From NCBI GenBank assembly GCA_964016885.1, contig OZ024740.1, positions 204,042,001-204,106,000 of the forward strand: a stretch of DNA of 64,000 bases. The letters are read 5' to 3'. Source of the DNA: Eledone cirrhosa. Its lineage: Eukaryota. Each line of letters begins with the position of its first letter. Within the stretch, counting starts at the first letter, position 1. Of the stretch, positions 10,401-25,600 are shown in pieces. A program made the position numbers and the translations under genes. The notes under the pieces were generated by a model that was not told the origin of the DNA, did no database searches, and was given only the letters and a program-made list of their open reading frames with translations.

Positions 10401-11817
10401 CTGTAGATACAACACACCCTGACAGTGGTATTCAATGGTAGGGGACATAGTGTAACGTCTCTCTACTGTCCAGTATATATCTCTATATTTGTAGATACAA
10501 CACACCCTGACAGTGGTATACAATGGTAGGGGACATAGTGTACCGTCTCTCTACTGTCCAGTATATATCTCTATATCTGTAGATACAACACACCCTGACA
10601 GTGGTATTCAATGGTAGGGGACATAGTTTAACGTCTCTCTACTGTCAAGTATATATCTCTATACCTGTAGATACAACACACCCTGACAGTGGTATTCAAT
10701 GGTAGGGGACATAGTGTAACGTCTCTCTACTGTCCAGTATATATCTCTACATCTGTAGATACAACACACCCTGACAGTGGTATTCAATGGTAGGGGACAT
10801 AGTGTAACGTCTCTCTACTGTCCAGTGTATATCTCTATACTTGTAGATACAACACACCCTGACAGTGTTATTCCATGGTAGGGGACATAGTGTAACGTCT
10901 CTCTACTGTCCAGTATATATCTCTATATCTGTAGATACAACACAGCCTGACAGTGGTATTCAATGGTAGGGGACATAGTGTAACGTCTCTCTACTATGCA
11001 GTATATATCTCTATACCTGTAGATACAACACACCCTGACAGTGGTATACAATGGTAGGGGACATAGTGTAACGTCTCTCTACTGTCCAGTATATATCTCT
11101 ATATCTGTAGATACAACACACCCTGACAGTGGTATTCAATGGTAGGGGACATAGTGTAACGTCTCTCTACTGTCCAGTATATATCTCTACATCTGTAGAT
11201 ACAACACACCCTGACAGTAGTATTCAATGGTAGGGGACATAGTGTAACGTCTCTCTACTGTCCAGTATATATCTCTACATCTGTAGATACAACACACCCT
11301 GACAGTGGTATTCATTGGTAGGGGACATAGTGTAACGTCTCTCTACTGTCCAGTATATATCTCTATATTGTAGATACAACACACCCTGACAGTGGTATTC
11401 AATGGTAGGGGACATAGTGTAACGTCTCTCTACTGTCCAGTATATATCTCTATATCTATAGATACAACACACCCTGACAGTGGTATACAATGGTAGGGGA
11501 CATAGTGTAACGTCTCTCTACTGTCCAGTATATATCTCTATATCTGTAGATACAACACACCCTGACAGTGGTATACAATGGTAGGGGACATAGTTTAACG
11601 TCTCTCTACTGTCAAGTATATATCTCTATACCTGTAGATACAACACACCCTGACAGTGGTATTCAATGGTAGGGGACATAGTGTAACGTCTCTCTACTGT
11701 CCAGTATATATCTCTACATCTGCAGATACAACACACCCTGGCAGTGGTATTCAATGGTAGGGGACATAGTGTAACGTCTCTCTACTGTCCAGTATATATC
11801 TCTACATCTGTAGATAC
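7500..11817 (-). repeat. 88-bp satellite array, ~49 units, inverted relative to the large array
   Basis: Tandem reverse complement of the unit at 16691-64000. Well conserved from about 7725, with degenerate units at about 7500-7725. Confidence 0.97.
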
Positions 11818-12451
11818 TTTATGCTCCGTCCTGTAGGGATGAATGCTACGGTGTTTAGTGTGGAAATATTACACTCTCTACTATCCAGTCCATTCTTGTA
11901 GTCCAGAAATGTAGGTGGTGGTCTCAGTAAAGGCGAGTAATGTAAACTCGATCAGAGCATGATAATTTCTGTTGGTCAGTCCTTATTACTAGAGGTATAC
12001 ACTTCAGTACAATGTTTGGGACCAATGAGACTATTGATGTTGAAACTATTTCTGTGTGTATGTGTTCTTTATGCTTGTCTGAACTGAATGAGAAAGTTTG
12101 TATTTTTTTATGTTATTTATTGTATTAGTGCTACGGGTTTTTGTATATGTGTTTGGATGTGGTTTTCTACGTAGTACTTTGAGATGGTTTTTCATTTAGT
12201 GACAATGACTGATGATGGCGAAGCTTGCTGAGGCAACAAAATATCCTGCTTGTATTTCTGAAAACTTTTTCCGCTTTAACATTTTTATTTCATTGTGTAG
12301 GTGTCTGTGAGTCTGTGTACAATTTGTTATGGCGCGTTTCATGTTCTTTGTAGCGTATTGTGGCTTGATGCAGAAATATAGGGGCTCCAGGAAAAAAATT
12401 ATAATCCATGATGAATCTAATCTATTGCCTCCTATTTTACTCTTTTATTCT

Positions 12452-12485
12452 AGTTCCTGAACTACGGCCATACTGGGGCACTACT
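12452..12485. mobile_element. Very short SINE-like remnant
   Basis: gaactacggccatactggggcact resembles the recurrent cephalopod repeat motif ctgcggccatgctggggcacc, recalled rather than searched. Confidence 0.3.
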
Positions 12486-12834
12486 ATTGCTGTTGTTGCT
12501 GTTGTTGCTGTTGATACTGCAGCTCTCATTATGTGGTTTGTATTGTTGAATAACCAAATTGGATACTTTTACCCACATTTGTGTTTCTTGCCGTGACCTC
12601 AGATAGAAGAATGTCTAGATCTCTCCTGATTACATTTACATCTACTTCATTGAAATCGCTCAACAAATTTCAGCAAGGTATTGAAATACTGTGATACTCT
12701 GAATGCTAAAGTATCCATTATCTGGTCCTAATGAGGTGAATATGATTATGTATTGGGGTCCAATCTAGGGGTTAGTATAGTTCTCAACATCAACATTTTG
12801 TAATAACCTTTCCATCGTCTTATATATACTATAT

Positions 12835-13758
<924 letters not shown>

Positions 13759-13893
13759 CAAAGTGGTATTTAATTTGTTGGTAATTCAACAAATATAGAT
13801 ATATTTATAACTGATCCGAAGCACTCGACAAGTTTTCTGGAGTCTAATATCAATGATATTAATAAATGGAAACTATATTTTTAAAACCATATT

Positions 13894-13954
13894 TATTCTA
13901 TTATATATATCTCAAGGGTACCAAAACTTTGGTACGCTCTCATCAGATAAAATA
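13894..13954 (-). ncRNA. Hammerhead copy with GAAA changed to GAGA, probably inactive
   Basis: Same as 6480-6540 except that the plus strand has atatctcaagg in place of atatttcaagg. Confidence 0.65.
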
Positions 13955-15177
13955 CAAAGTTTGTTTTATAAATATTCACATATCCAGGAACGAGACCTTC
14001 ACGGTTCAAGTTTTACCTGGATAGTAAAAGGAAAAAGGGGAAGAGAGGAAAAAACAATTATTTTCAAATTATTAGGATGATAGGATGAATATGCAAATGA
14101 GTTTGAGGCATAGGGCTGAAAAAAAACCGTTTTTTTACGCGCCAAGTAGATTTAAATAATTATTAGGATATATATATGTATGTATAGGAAAAAGAAAGAG
14201 AAAGAAAGAAAAGTTTGTATTTACGTGAATTAACAGTTTGTCGGAGTGGTGGAATATGATTCCAGAATTTAAAAAATATTTAGCTAAATTATGAGTTATA
14301 ATATTATATATATAATCAATTAGATTATATGAAGAATTATGGTTGTAAGTACATTTTATCTTATTATATTGTAACAGGTTGTAAGTATATAAATATCTAT
14401 ATAGATTAATAAGTGTATAAATATAAGTATTATTGGTGATTATATAGATATAAAACACACATATTAATTTGTTTGCATTTCTAACATGAGTTACGAAGGA
14501 TGTTGATTTTACATTTTACATATATATTTAAGAAAAAGACGTAGTTCAAATTATAAGAGAAGAACAATTTGTAGATTCAAATATTTTCATCCAGCATTGA
14601 AAATATTTTCAGAACATTATTTATTTAGCGAAATTACATAATTTATCATACAAGTTATTATGTCTATGTTTGCTCAATTATAAAGGAAAAGATAACTGCA
14701 ATATTATTTGTTAAACTATTAAAATTGGATTTGATGAGTAATTTTCTTAGAAAATGCGGAAAGTATGTAGAGAAAATTATATATTATTTTGTGTGAGATT
14801 ATAAGGTATTTTATATTACATGTTTTCAAGGATGAGAATTTCAATTATATATTATCTACGCCGAAAGATGTGTGAAAAGTTTGAAGATTAGAGGAGGAAA
14901 AATGTATTATTAGATAAGTCGAGAGTGCATTTAGACGAACTATCGTAAAGAGGATATTTTTCAGAATATCTATTAAAAAGTATCAATCTAAAAAAATATA
15001 TATAAATCTAAAAATAGATTAAGAAGAGTATCATTAGGAAAAGAATATCAATTGGTAAAAATACTAAATTTAAGAAGAAAGATCATTTAAAAAAATTTTA
15101 ATTAAAAAGAAATAAAACCTCAGTAAATAACAGGATCGTTTTAAAGATGTATAAGATGTAGTCAAGTGTAATGAATA

Positions 15178-16372
15178 TTATAGATTAAAAATACTTCGGA
15201 AAGTGGATTTTTGGCGATGTGTGCAAGAACTAAATATTTCGCTTTTTAAATTAATAGAATTTTGACAGTTAATTATATAAAAAATTTCCTCGATACACAA
15301 ATGAGAAAGCCATATTTCGGTATGCAGGTGCTTTCGAAATCGTTCCCCAAGATATTGAATAGTCTATATTATTGTCCTTTAAATTCCAAATTAGATGTGA
15401 AAGTGAAGTGGTAGTTTTTTATCGGACCTATAAAATGTATGTTTGTGGTTGTGCCAGCGTTCTTTGAATTTTGTAGAAGTGGCACCTAAATAGGTATTAT
15501 GGATTTCCCTTTCCTATTAATTTCACTATTGCTATGGTTTTCAATTAAAAGCAACATATCGTCACGATATTAACCTCCAGTCATCTCTGGCATTTTTCTA
15601 TGCAGTACATTATTAATAAATAATCCAACGAGGTCCGTTACTTGCGCCGAGTCAGATGATCCCATAGTAATATCAAAATTGTTTTTTCTGTCAGCTCTTG
15701 TCCAGAGATGATTATTAAATTCTATTAGGGTTTTACGTGCGGTTAGAATGATATTCATTTCATCACCAGATAGGTCTGTATGTTTAGAAGCGTAGATAAG
15801 TGCCTTATTAAGTAAACTAGGGGTAATAGAGGAGTAGTAAATTGCAATATCCATTTGAATAAATTTTTTCTTATGTTTTAATTTTATGTTTTTAAACCAA
15901 TCTATTACTTCATTAGTACCGTTCCATAGTTTAAGGTGTGATTTTTCTTTAAGTAGTGGTATAATTCAATCTAGTATATGCTTGCTAATTATGCCTAAGT
16001 CAGATTTAGATGATGCGATGATTCTGAGTGGTGGTTCAACTTCAAAGTTTCTTCTGTGGTCCTTCAAGTTAATCTTCGGTTTTCTAGATATAAAGGGTTC
16101 TGTCTTATTTTGAATGCCTAATTTATAAATAATTTCCGAAGTTTCTCTATTTAGGGTTGAAAGATCATCATTTGATGTCCTTTTGTAGTTTTTCCTAAGT
16201 TCCTTCAGTATTGGGTTATTATACTCGTCCTTTTCCATACCTTATAAATTATTGGTTTTGTCAGATTTTACAAGGATCTTCTTTGTTTTTTCTAGACTAA
16301 CAATTTTGTTTTTGAAGCATTTAAGGTACTCCTGGTAAATAAATTGGTTCCTTTTAAATTTGGCTAATTTAG
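15178..16372 (-). pseudogene. Penelope-like reverse transcriptase plus GIY-YIG endonuclease pseudogene (stops, frameshifts, internal deletion)
   Basis: RT part: ILVKSDKTNNL*, LKDHRRNF..PPLRII..KSDLGIISKHILD*, FIQMDI..YYSSIT, FDITMGSSDSAQVTDLVGL, GG*YRDD (15558-15569). Endonuclease part: TYLGATSTKFKERWHNHKHTF...LSHLIWNLKDN...SISWGTISKAPAY...LCIEE...NLKSEIFSSCTHRQK. Confidence 0.92.
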
Positions 16373-16384
16373 AATAAATTTGGC

Positions 16385-16691
16385 TAATATAAAATACCTT
16401 ATAATCTCACACAAAATAATATATAATGTTCTCTACATACTTTCCGCATTTTCTAGGAGAATTACTCATCAAATCTAATTTTAATAGTTAACAAATAATA
16501 TTGAAGTTATCTTTTCCTTTACAATTGAGAAAACATAGACATAATAACTTGTATGATAAATTATGTAATTTTGCTAAATTAATAATGTTCTGAAAATATT
16601 TTCAATGCTGGATGAAAATATTTGAATCTACAAATTCTTCTCTTATAATTTGAACTACGTCTTTTTCTTAAATATATATGTAAAATGTAAA
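16385..16691 (+). repeat. ~305-bp inverted copy of 14508-14818
   Basis: taatataaaataccttataatctcacac...cgtctttttcttaaatatatatgtaaaatgtaaa is the reverse complement of tttacattttacatatatatttaagaaaaagacg...gtgtgagattataaggtattttatatta, with scattered substitutions. Confidence 0.92.
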
Positions 16692-19600
16692 TGTCCCCTA
16701 ACATTGAATACCAATGTCAGGGTGTGTTGTATCTACAGATATAAAGATATATACTGGACAGTAGAGAGACGTTACACTATGTCCCCTACCTTTGAATACC
16801 ACTGTCAGGGTGTGTTGTATCTACAAGAATAGACATATATATTGGACAGTAGAGAGGCGTTACACTATGTCCCCTACCATTGAATACCACTGTCAGGGTG
16901 TGTTGTATCTACAGATATAGAGATATATACTGGACAGTAGAGAGACGTTACACTGTGTCCCCTACCATTCAATACCACTGTCGGGGTGTGTTGTATCTAC
17001 AGATATAGAGATATATAGTGGACAGTAGAGAGACGTTACATTATGTCCCCTACCATTGAGTACCACTGCCAGAGTGTGTTGTATCTACAGATATAGAGAT
17101 ATATACTGGACAGTAGAGGGGTTACACTATGTCCCCTACCATTGAATACCACTGTCAGAGTGTGTTCCATCTACAGATATAGAGATATATGCTGGGCAGT
17201 AGAGAGACGTTACACTATGTCCCCTACCATTGAATACCACTGTCAGTGTGTGTTGTATCTACAGATGTAGAGATATATACTGGACAGTAGAGAGACGTTA
17301 CACTATGTCCCCTACCATTGAATACCACTGTCTGGGTGTGTTGTATCTACAAGTATAGAGATATATACTGGACAGTAGAGAGCCGTTACACTATGTCCCC
17401 TGCCATTGAATACCACTGTCTGGGTGTGTTGTATCTACAAGTATAGAGATATATACTGGACAGTAGAGAGACGTTACACTATGTCCCCTACAATTGAATA
17501 CCACTGTCTGGGTGTGTTGTATCTACAAGTATAGAGATATATACTGGACAGTAGAGAGACGTTACACTATGTCCCCTACCATGGAATACCACTGTCAGGG
17601 TGTGTTGTATCAACAGATGTAGAGATATATACTGGACAGTAGAGACACGTTACACTATGTCCCCTACCATTGAATACCACTGTCAGGGTGTGTTGTATCT
17701 ACAGATGTAAAGATATATACTGGACAGTAGAGAGACGTTACACTATGTCCCCTACCATTCAATATCACTGTCTGGGTGTGTTGTATCTACAGATGTAGAG
17801 ATATATACTTGATAGTAGAGAGACGTTACACTATGTCCCCTACCATTCAATACCATTGTCAGGGTGTGTTGTATCTACAGGTATAGAGATATATACTGGA
17901 TAGTAGAGAGACGTTACACTATGTCCCCTACCATTGAATACCACTGTCTGGGTGTGTTGTATCTACAAGTATAGAGATATATACTGGATAGTAGCGAGAC
18001 GTTCCACTATGTCCTCTACCATTGAATACCACTGTCAGGGTGTGTTATATCTACAGATGTACAGATATATACTGGTCATTAGAGAGACGTTACACTATGT
18101 CTCTTACCATGGAATACCACTGTCAGGGTGTATTGTATCTACAGGTATAGAGATATATACTGGACAGTAGAGAGACGTTACACTATGTCCCCTATCATTG
18201 AATACCACTGTCAGGGTGTGTTGTATCTACAGATGTAGAGATATATACTGGACAGTAGAGGGGTTACACTATGTCCCGTACCATTGAATTCCACTGTCAG
18301 GATGTGTTGTATCTACAGATATAGAGATATATACTGGACAGTAGAGAGACGTTACACTATGTCCCCTACCATTGAATACCAATGTCAGGGTGTGTTGTAT
18401 CTACAAGTATAGAGATATACACTGGACAGTAGAGAGACGTTACACTATGTCCCCTACCATACAATACCACTGTCAGGGTGTGTTGTATCTACAGGTATAG
18501 AGATATATACTGGATAGTAGAGAGACGTTACACTATGTCCCCTACCATTGAATACCACTGTCAGGGTGTGTTGTATCTACAGATATAGAGATATATACTG
18601 GATAGTAGAGAGACGTTACACTATGTCCCCTACCATTGAATACCACTGTCAGGGTATGTTGTATCTACAGGTATAGAGATATATACTGGATAGTAGAGAG
18701 ACGTTACACTATGTCCCCTACCATTGAATACCACTGTCAGGGTGTGTTGTATCTACAGATATAGAGATATATACTGGACAGTAGAGAGACGTTACACTAT
18801 GTCCCCTACCATTGAATACCACTGTCAGGGTGTGTTGTATCTACAATTATAGAGATATATACTGGACAGTAGAGAGACGTTACACTATGTCCCCTACCAT
18901 TGAATACCACTGTCAGGGTGTGTTGTATCTACAGATGTAAAGATATATACTGGACAGTAGAGAGACGTTACACTATGTCCCCTACCATACAATACCACTG
19001 TCAGGGTGTGTTGTATCTACAGGTATAGAGATATATACTGGATAGTAGAGAGACGTTACACTATGTCCCCTACCATTGAATACCACTGTCAGGGTATGTT
19101 GTATCTACAGGTATAGAGATATATACTGGATAGTAGAGAGACGTTACACTATGTCCCCTACCATTGAATACCACTGTCAGGGTGTGTTGTATCTACAGAT
19201 ATAGAGATATATACTGGACAGTAGAGAGACGTTACACTATGTCCCCTACCATTGAATACCACTGTCAGGGTGTGTTGTATCTACAATTATAGAGATATAT
19301 ACTGGACAGTAGAGAGACGTTACACTATGTCCCCTACCATTGAATACCACTGTCAGGGTGTGTTGTATCTACAGATATAGAGATATATACAGGACAGTAG
19401 AGAGATGTTACACTATGTCCCCTACCATTGAATACCACTGTCAGGGTGTGTTGTATCTACAGGTATAGAGATATATACTTGATAGTAGAGAGACGTTACA
19501 CTATGTCCCCTACCATTGAATACCACTGTCAGGGTATGTTGTATCTACAGGTATAGAGATATATACTGGATAGTAGAGAGACGTTACACTATGTCCCCTA

Positions 19601-22600
19601 CCATTCAATACCACTATCAGGGTGTGTTGTATCTACAAGTATAGAGATATATACTGGACAGTAGAGAGACGTTACACTATGTCCCCTACCATGGAATACC
19701 ACTGTCAGGGTGTGTTGTATCAACAGATGTAGAGATATATACTGGACAGTAGAGACACGTTACACTATGTCCCCTACCATTGAATACCACTGTCAGGGTG
19801 TGTTGTATCTACAGATGTAAAGATATATACTGGACAGTAGAGAGACGTTACACTATGTCCCCTACCATTCAATATCACTGTCTGGGTGTGTTGTATCTAC
19901 AGATGTAGAGATATATACTGAACAGTAGAGAGACGTTACACTATGTCCCCTACCATTCAATACCATTGTCAGGGTGTGTTGTATCTACAGGTATAGAGAT
20001 ATATACTGGATAGTAGAGAGACGTTACACTATGTCCCCTACCATTGAATACCACTGTCTGGGTGTGTTGTATCTACAAGTATAGAGATATATACTGGATA
20101 GTAGCGAGACGTTCCACTATGTCCTCTACCATTGAATACCACTGTCAGGGTGTGTTATATCTACAGATGTACAGATATATACTGGTCATTAGAGAGACGT
20201 TACACTATGTCTCTTACCATGGAATACCACTGTCAGGGTGTATTGTATCTACAGGTATAGAGATATATACTGGACAGTAGAGAGACGTTACACTATGTCC
20301 CCTATCATTGAATACCACTGTCAGGGTGTGTTGTATCTACAGATGTAGAGATATATACTGGACAGTAGAGGGGTTACACTATGTCCCGTACCATTGAATT
20401 CCACTGTCAGGATGTGTTGTATCTACAGATATAGAGATATATACTGGACAGTAGAGAGACGTTACACTATGTCCCCTACCATTGAATACCAATGTCAGGG
20501 TGTGTTGTATCTACAAGTATAGAGATATACACTGGACAGTAGAGAGACGTTACACTATGTCCCCTACCATACAATACCACTGTCAGGGTGTGTTGTATCT
20601 ACAGGTATAGAGATATATACTGGATAGTAGAGAGACGTTACACTATGTCCCCTACCATTGAATACACTGTCAGGGTGTGTTGTATCTACAGATATAGAGA
20701 TATATACTGGATAGTAGAGAGACGTTACACTATGTCCCCTACCATTGAATACCACTGTCAGGGTATGTTGTATCTACAGGTATAGAGATATATACTGGAT
20801 AGTAGAGAGACGTTACACTATGTCCCCTACCATTGAATACCACTGTCAGGGTGTGTTGTATCTACAGATATAGAGATATATACTGGACAGTAGAGAGACG
20901 TTACACTATGTCCCCTACCATTGAATACCACTGTCAGGGTGTGTTGTATCTACAATTATAGAGATATATACTGGACAGTAGAGAGACGTTACACTATGTC
21001 CCCTACCATTGAATACCACTGTCAGGGTGTGTTGTATCTACAGATGTAAAGATATATACTGGACAGTAGAGAGACGTTACACTATGTCCCCTACCATACA
21101 ATACCACTGTCAGGGTGTGTTGTATCTACAGGTATAGAGATATATACTGGATAGTAGAGAGACGTTACACTATGTCCCCTACCATTGAATACCACTGTCA
21201 GGGTATGTTGTATCTACAGGTATAGAGATATATACTGGATAGTAGAGAGACGTTACACTATGTCCCCTACCATTGAATACCACTGTCAGGGTGTGTTGTA
21301 TCTACAGATATAGAGATATATACTGGACAGTAGAGAGACGTTACACTATGTCCCCTACCATTGAATACCACTGTCAGGGTGTGTTGTATCTACAATTATA
21401 GAGATATATACTGGACAGTAGAGGGACGTTACACTATGTCCCCTACCATTGAATACCACTGTCAGGGTGTGTTGTATCTACAGATATAGAGATATATACA
21501 GGACAGTAGAGAGATGTTACACTATGTCCCCTACCATTGAATACCACTGTCAGGGTGTGTTGTATCTACAGATGTAAAGATATATACTGGACAGTAGAGA
21601 GACGTTACACTATGTCCCCTACCATTCAATACCACTGTCTGGGTGTGTTGTATCTAGAGATGTAGAGATATATACTGAACAGTAGAGAAACGTTACACTA
21701 TGTCCCCTACCATTCAATACCACTATCAGGGTGTGTTGTATCTACAGGTATAGAGATATATACTTGATAGTAGAGAGACGTTACACTATGTCCCCTACCA
21801 TTGAATACCACTGTCTGGGTGTGTTGTATCTACAAGTATAGAGATATATACTGGATAGTACCGAGACGTAACACTATGTCCCCTAACATTGAATACCACT
21901 GTCAGGGTGTGTTGTATCTACAGATGTAGAGATATATACTGGACAGTAGAGGGGTTACACTATGTCCCCTACCATTGAATTCCACTGTCAGGGTGTGTTG
22001 TATCTACAGATATAGAGATATATACTGGACAGTAGAGAGACGTTACACTATGTCCCCTACCATTGAATACCACTGTCTGGGTGTGTTGTATCTACAAGTA
22101 TAGAGATATATACTGGACAGTAGAGAGACGTTACACTATGTCCCCTACCATTGAATACCACTGTCTGGGTGTGTTGTATCTACAAGTATAGAGATATATA
22201 CTGGACAGTAGAGAGACGTTACACTATGTCCCCTACCATGGAATACCACTGTCAGGGTGTGTTGTATCAACAGATGTTGAGATATATACTGGACAGTAGA
22301 GACACGTTACACTATGTCCCCTACCATTGAATACCACTGTCAGGGTGTGTTGTATCTACAGATGTAAAGATATATACTGGACAGTAGAGAGACGTTACAC
22401 TATGTCCCCTACCATTCAATATCACTGTCTGGGTGTGTTGTATCTACAGATGTAGAGATATATACTGAACAGTAGAGAGACGTTACACTATGTCCCCTAC
22501 CATTCAATACCATTGTCAGGGTGTGTTGTATCTACAGGTATAGAGATATATACTGGATAGTAGAGAGACGTTACACTATGTCCCCTACCATTGAATACCA

Positions 22601-25600
22601 CTGTCAGGGTGTGTTGTATCTACAGATATAGAGATATATACTGGACAGTAGAGAGACGTTACACTATGTCCCCTACCATTGAATACCACTGTCAGCGTGT
22701 GTTGTATCTACAATTATAGAGATATATACTGGACAGTAGAGAGACGTTACACTATGTCCCCTACCATTGAATACCACTGTCAGGGTGTGTTGTATCTACA
22801 GATATAGAGATATATACAGGACAGTAGAGAGATGTTACACTATGTCCCCTACCATTGAATACCACTGTCAGGGTGTGTTGTATCTACAGATGTAAAGATA
22901 TATACTGGACAGTAGAGAGACGTTACACTATGTCCCCTACCATTCAATACCACTGTCTGGGTGTGTTGTATCTAGAGATGTAGAGATATATACTGAACAG
23001 TAGAGAAACGTTACACTATGTCCCCTACCATTCAATACCACTATCAGGGTGTGTTGTATCTACAGGTATAGAGATATATACTTGATAGTAGAGAGACGTT
23101 ACACTATGTCCCCTACCATTGAATACCACTGTCTGGGTGTGTTGTATCTACAAGTATAGAGATATATACTGGATAGTACCGAGACGTAACACTATGTCCC
23201 CTAACATTGAATACCACTGTCAGGGTGTGTTGTATTTACAGATGTAGAGATATATACTGGACAGTAGAGGGGTTACACTATGTCCCCTACCATTGAATTC
23301 CACTGTCAGGGTGTGTTGTATCTACAGATATAGAGATATATACTGGACAGTAGAGAGACGTTACACTATGTCCCCTACCATTGAATACCACTGTCTGGGT
23401 GTGTTGTATCTACAAGTATAGAGATATATACTGGATAGTAGCGAGACGTTCCACTATGTCCTCTACCATTGAATACCACTGTCAGGGTGTGTTATATCTA
23501 CAGATGTACAGATATATACTGGTCATTAGAGAGACGTTACACTATGTCTCTTACCATGGAATACCACTGTCAGGGTGTATTGTATCTACAGGTATAGAGA
23601 TATATACTGGACAGTAGAGAGACGTTACACTATGTCCCCTATCATTGAATACCACTGTCAGGGTGTGTTGTATCTACAGATGTAGAGATATATACTGGAC
23701 AGTAGAGGGGTTACACTATGTCCCGTACCATTGAATTCCACTGTCAGGATGTGTTGTATCTACAGATATAGAGATATATACTGGACAGTAGAGAGACGTT
23801 ACACTATGTCCCCTACCATTGAATACCAATGTCAGGGTGTGTTGTATCTACAAGTATAGAGATATACACTGGACAGTAGAGAGACGTTACACTATGTCCC
23901 CTACCATACAATACCACTGTCAGGGTGTGTTGTATCTACAGGTATAGAGATATATACTGGATAGTAGAGAGACGTTACACTATGTCCCCTACCATTGAAT
24001 ACACTGTCAGGGTGTGTTGTATCTACAGATATAGAGATATATACTGGATAGTAGAGAGACGTTACACTATGTCCCCTACCATTGAATACCACTGTCAGGG
24101 TATGTTGTATCTACAGGTATAGAGATATATACTGGATAGTAGAGAGACGTTACACTATGTCCCCTACCATTGAATACCACTGTCAGGGTGTGTTGTATCT
24201 ACAGATATAGAGATATATACTGGACAGTAGAGAGACGTTACACTATGTCCCCTACCATTGAATACCACTGTCAGGGTGTGTTGTATCTACAATTATAGAG
24301 ATATATACTGGACAGTAGAGAGACGTTACACTATGTCCCCTACCATTGAATACCACTGTCAGGGTGTGTTGTATCTACAGATGTAAAGATATATACTGGA
24401 CAGTAGAGAGACGTTACACTATGTTCCCTACCATACAATACCACTGTCAGGGTGTGTTGTATCTACAGGTATAGAGATATATACTGGATAGTAGAGAGAC
24501 GTTACACTATGTCCCCTACCATTGAATACCACTGTCAGGGTATGTTGTATCTACAGGTATAGAGATATATACTGGATAGTAGAGAGACGTTACACTATGT
24601 CCCCTACCATTGAATACCACTGTCAGGGTGTGTTGTATCTACAGATATAGAGATATATACTGGACAGTAGAGAGACGTTACACTATGTCCCCTACCATTG
24701 AATACCACTGTCAGGGTGTGTTGTATCTACAATTATAGAGATATATACTGGACAGTAGAGAGACGTTACACTATGTCCCCTACCATTGAATACCACTGTC
24801 AGGGTGTGTTGTATCTACAGATATAGAGATATATACAGGACAGTAGAGAGATGTTACACTATGTCCCCTACCATTGAATACCACTGTCAGGGTGTGTTGT
24901 ATCTACAGATGTAAAGATATATACTGGACAGTAGAGAGACGTTACACTATGTCCCCTACCATTCAATACCACTGTCTGGGTGTGTTGTATCTAGAGATGT
25001 AGAGATATATACTGAACAGTAGAGAAACGTTACACTATGTCCCCTACCATTCAATACCACTATCAGGGTGTGTTGTATCTACAGGTATAGAGATATATAC
25101 TTGATAGTAGAGAGACGTTACACTATGTCCCCTACCATTGAATACCACTGTCTGGGTGTGTTGTATCTACAAGTATAGAGATATATACTGGATAGTACCG
25201 AGACGTAACACTATGTCCCCTAACATTGAATACCACTGTCAGGGTGTGTTGTATCTACAGATGTAGAGATATATACTGGACAGTAGAGGGGTTACACTAT
25301 GTCCCCTACCATTGAATTCCACTGTCAGGGTGTGTTGTATCTACAGATATAGAGATATATACTGGACAGTAGAGAGACGTTACACTATGTCCCCTACCAT
25401 TTAATACCACTGTCTGGGTGTGTTGTATCTACAAGTATAGAGATATATACTGGACAGTAGAGAGACGTTACACTATGTCCCCTACCATTGAATACCACTG
25501 TCTGGGTGTGTTGTATCTACAAGTATAGAGATATATACTGGACAGTAGAGAGACGTTACACTATGTCCCCTACCATGGAATACCACTGTCAGGGTGTGTT

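Larger units (their letters stand above)
13757..16691 (-). mobile_element. Decayed Penelope-like retroelement with 5' inversion; 3' end in (TA)n, 5' side abutting the satellite
   Basis: Contains the RT+GIY-YIG pseudogene 15178-16372, an AT-rich 3' region, a hammerhead at 13894-13954, and an inverted copy of 14508-14818 at 16385-16691. Confidence 0.88.

Noticed and set aside
12205-12230. CTGATGATGGCGAAG as a hammerhead
   Set aside because: It has GAAG rather than GAAA, no stem II and no flanking stem I.
11895-12830. Possible host exon or gene in the unique island, including the 62-aa ORF at 12408
   Set aside because: There is no recognisable domain, and the ORF is built from a SINE-like remnant and a (GTT/GCT)n run. 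A small exon cannot be excluded without RNA data.
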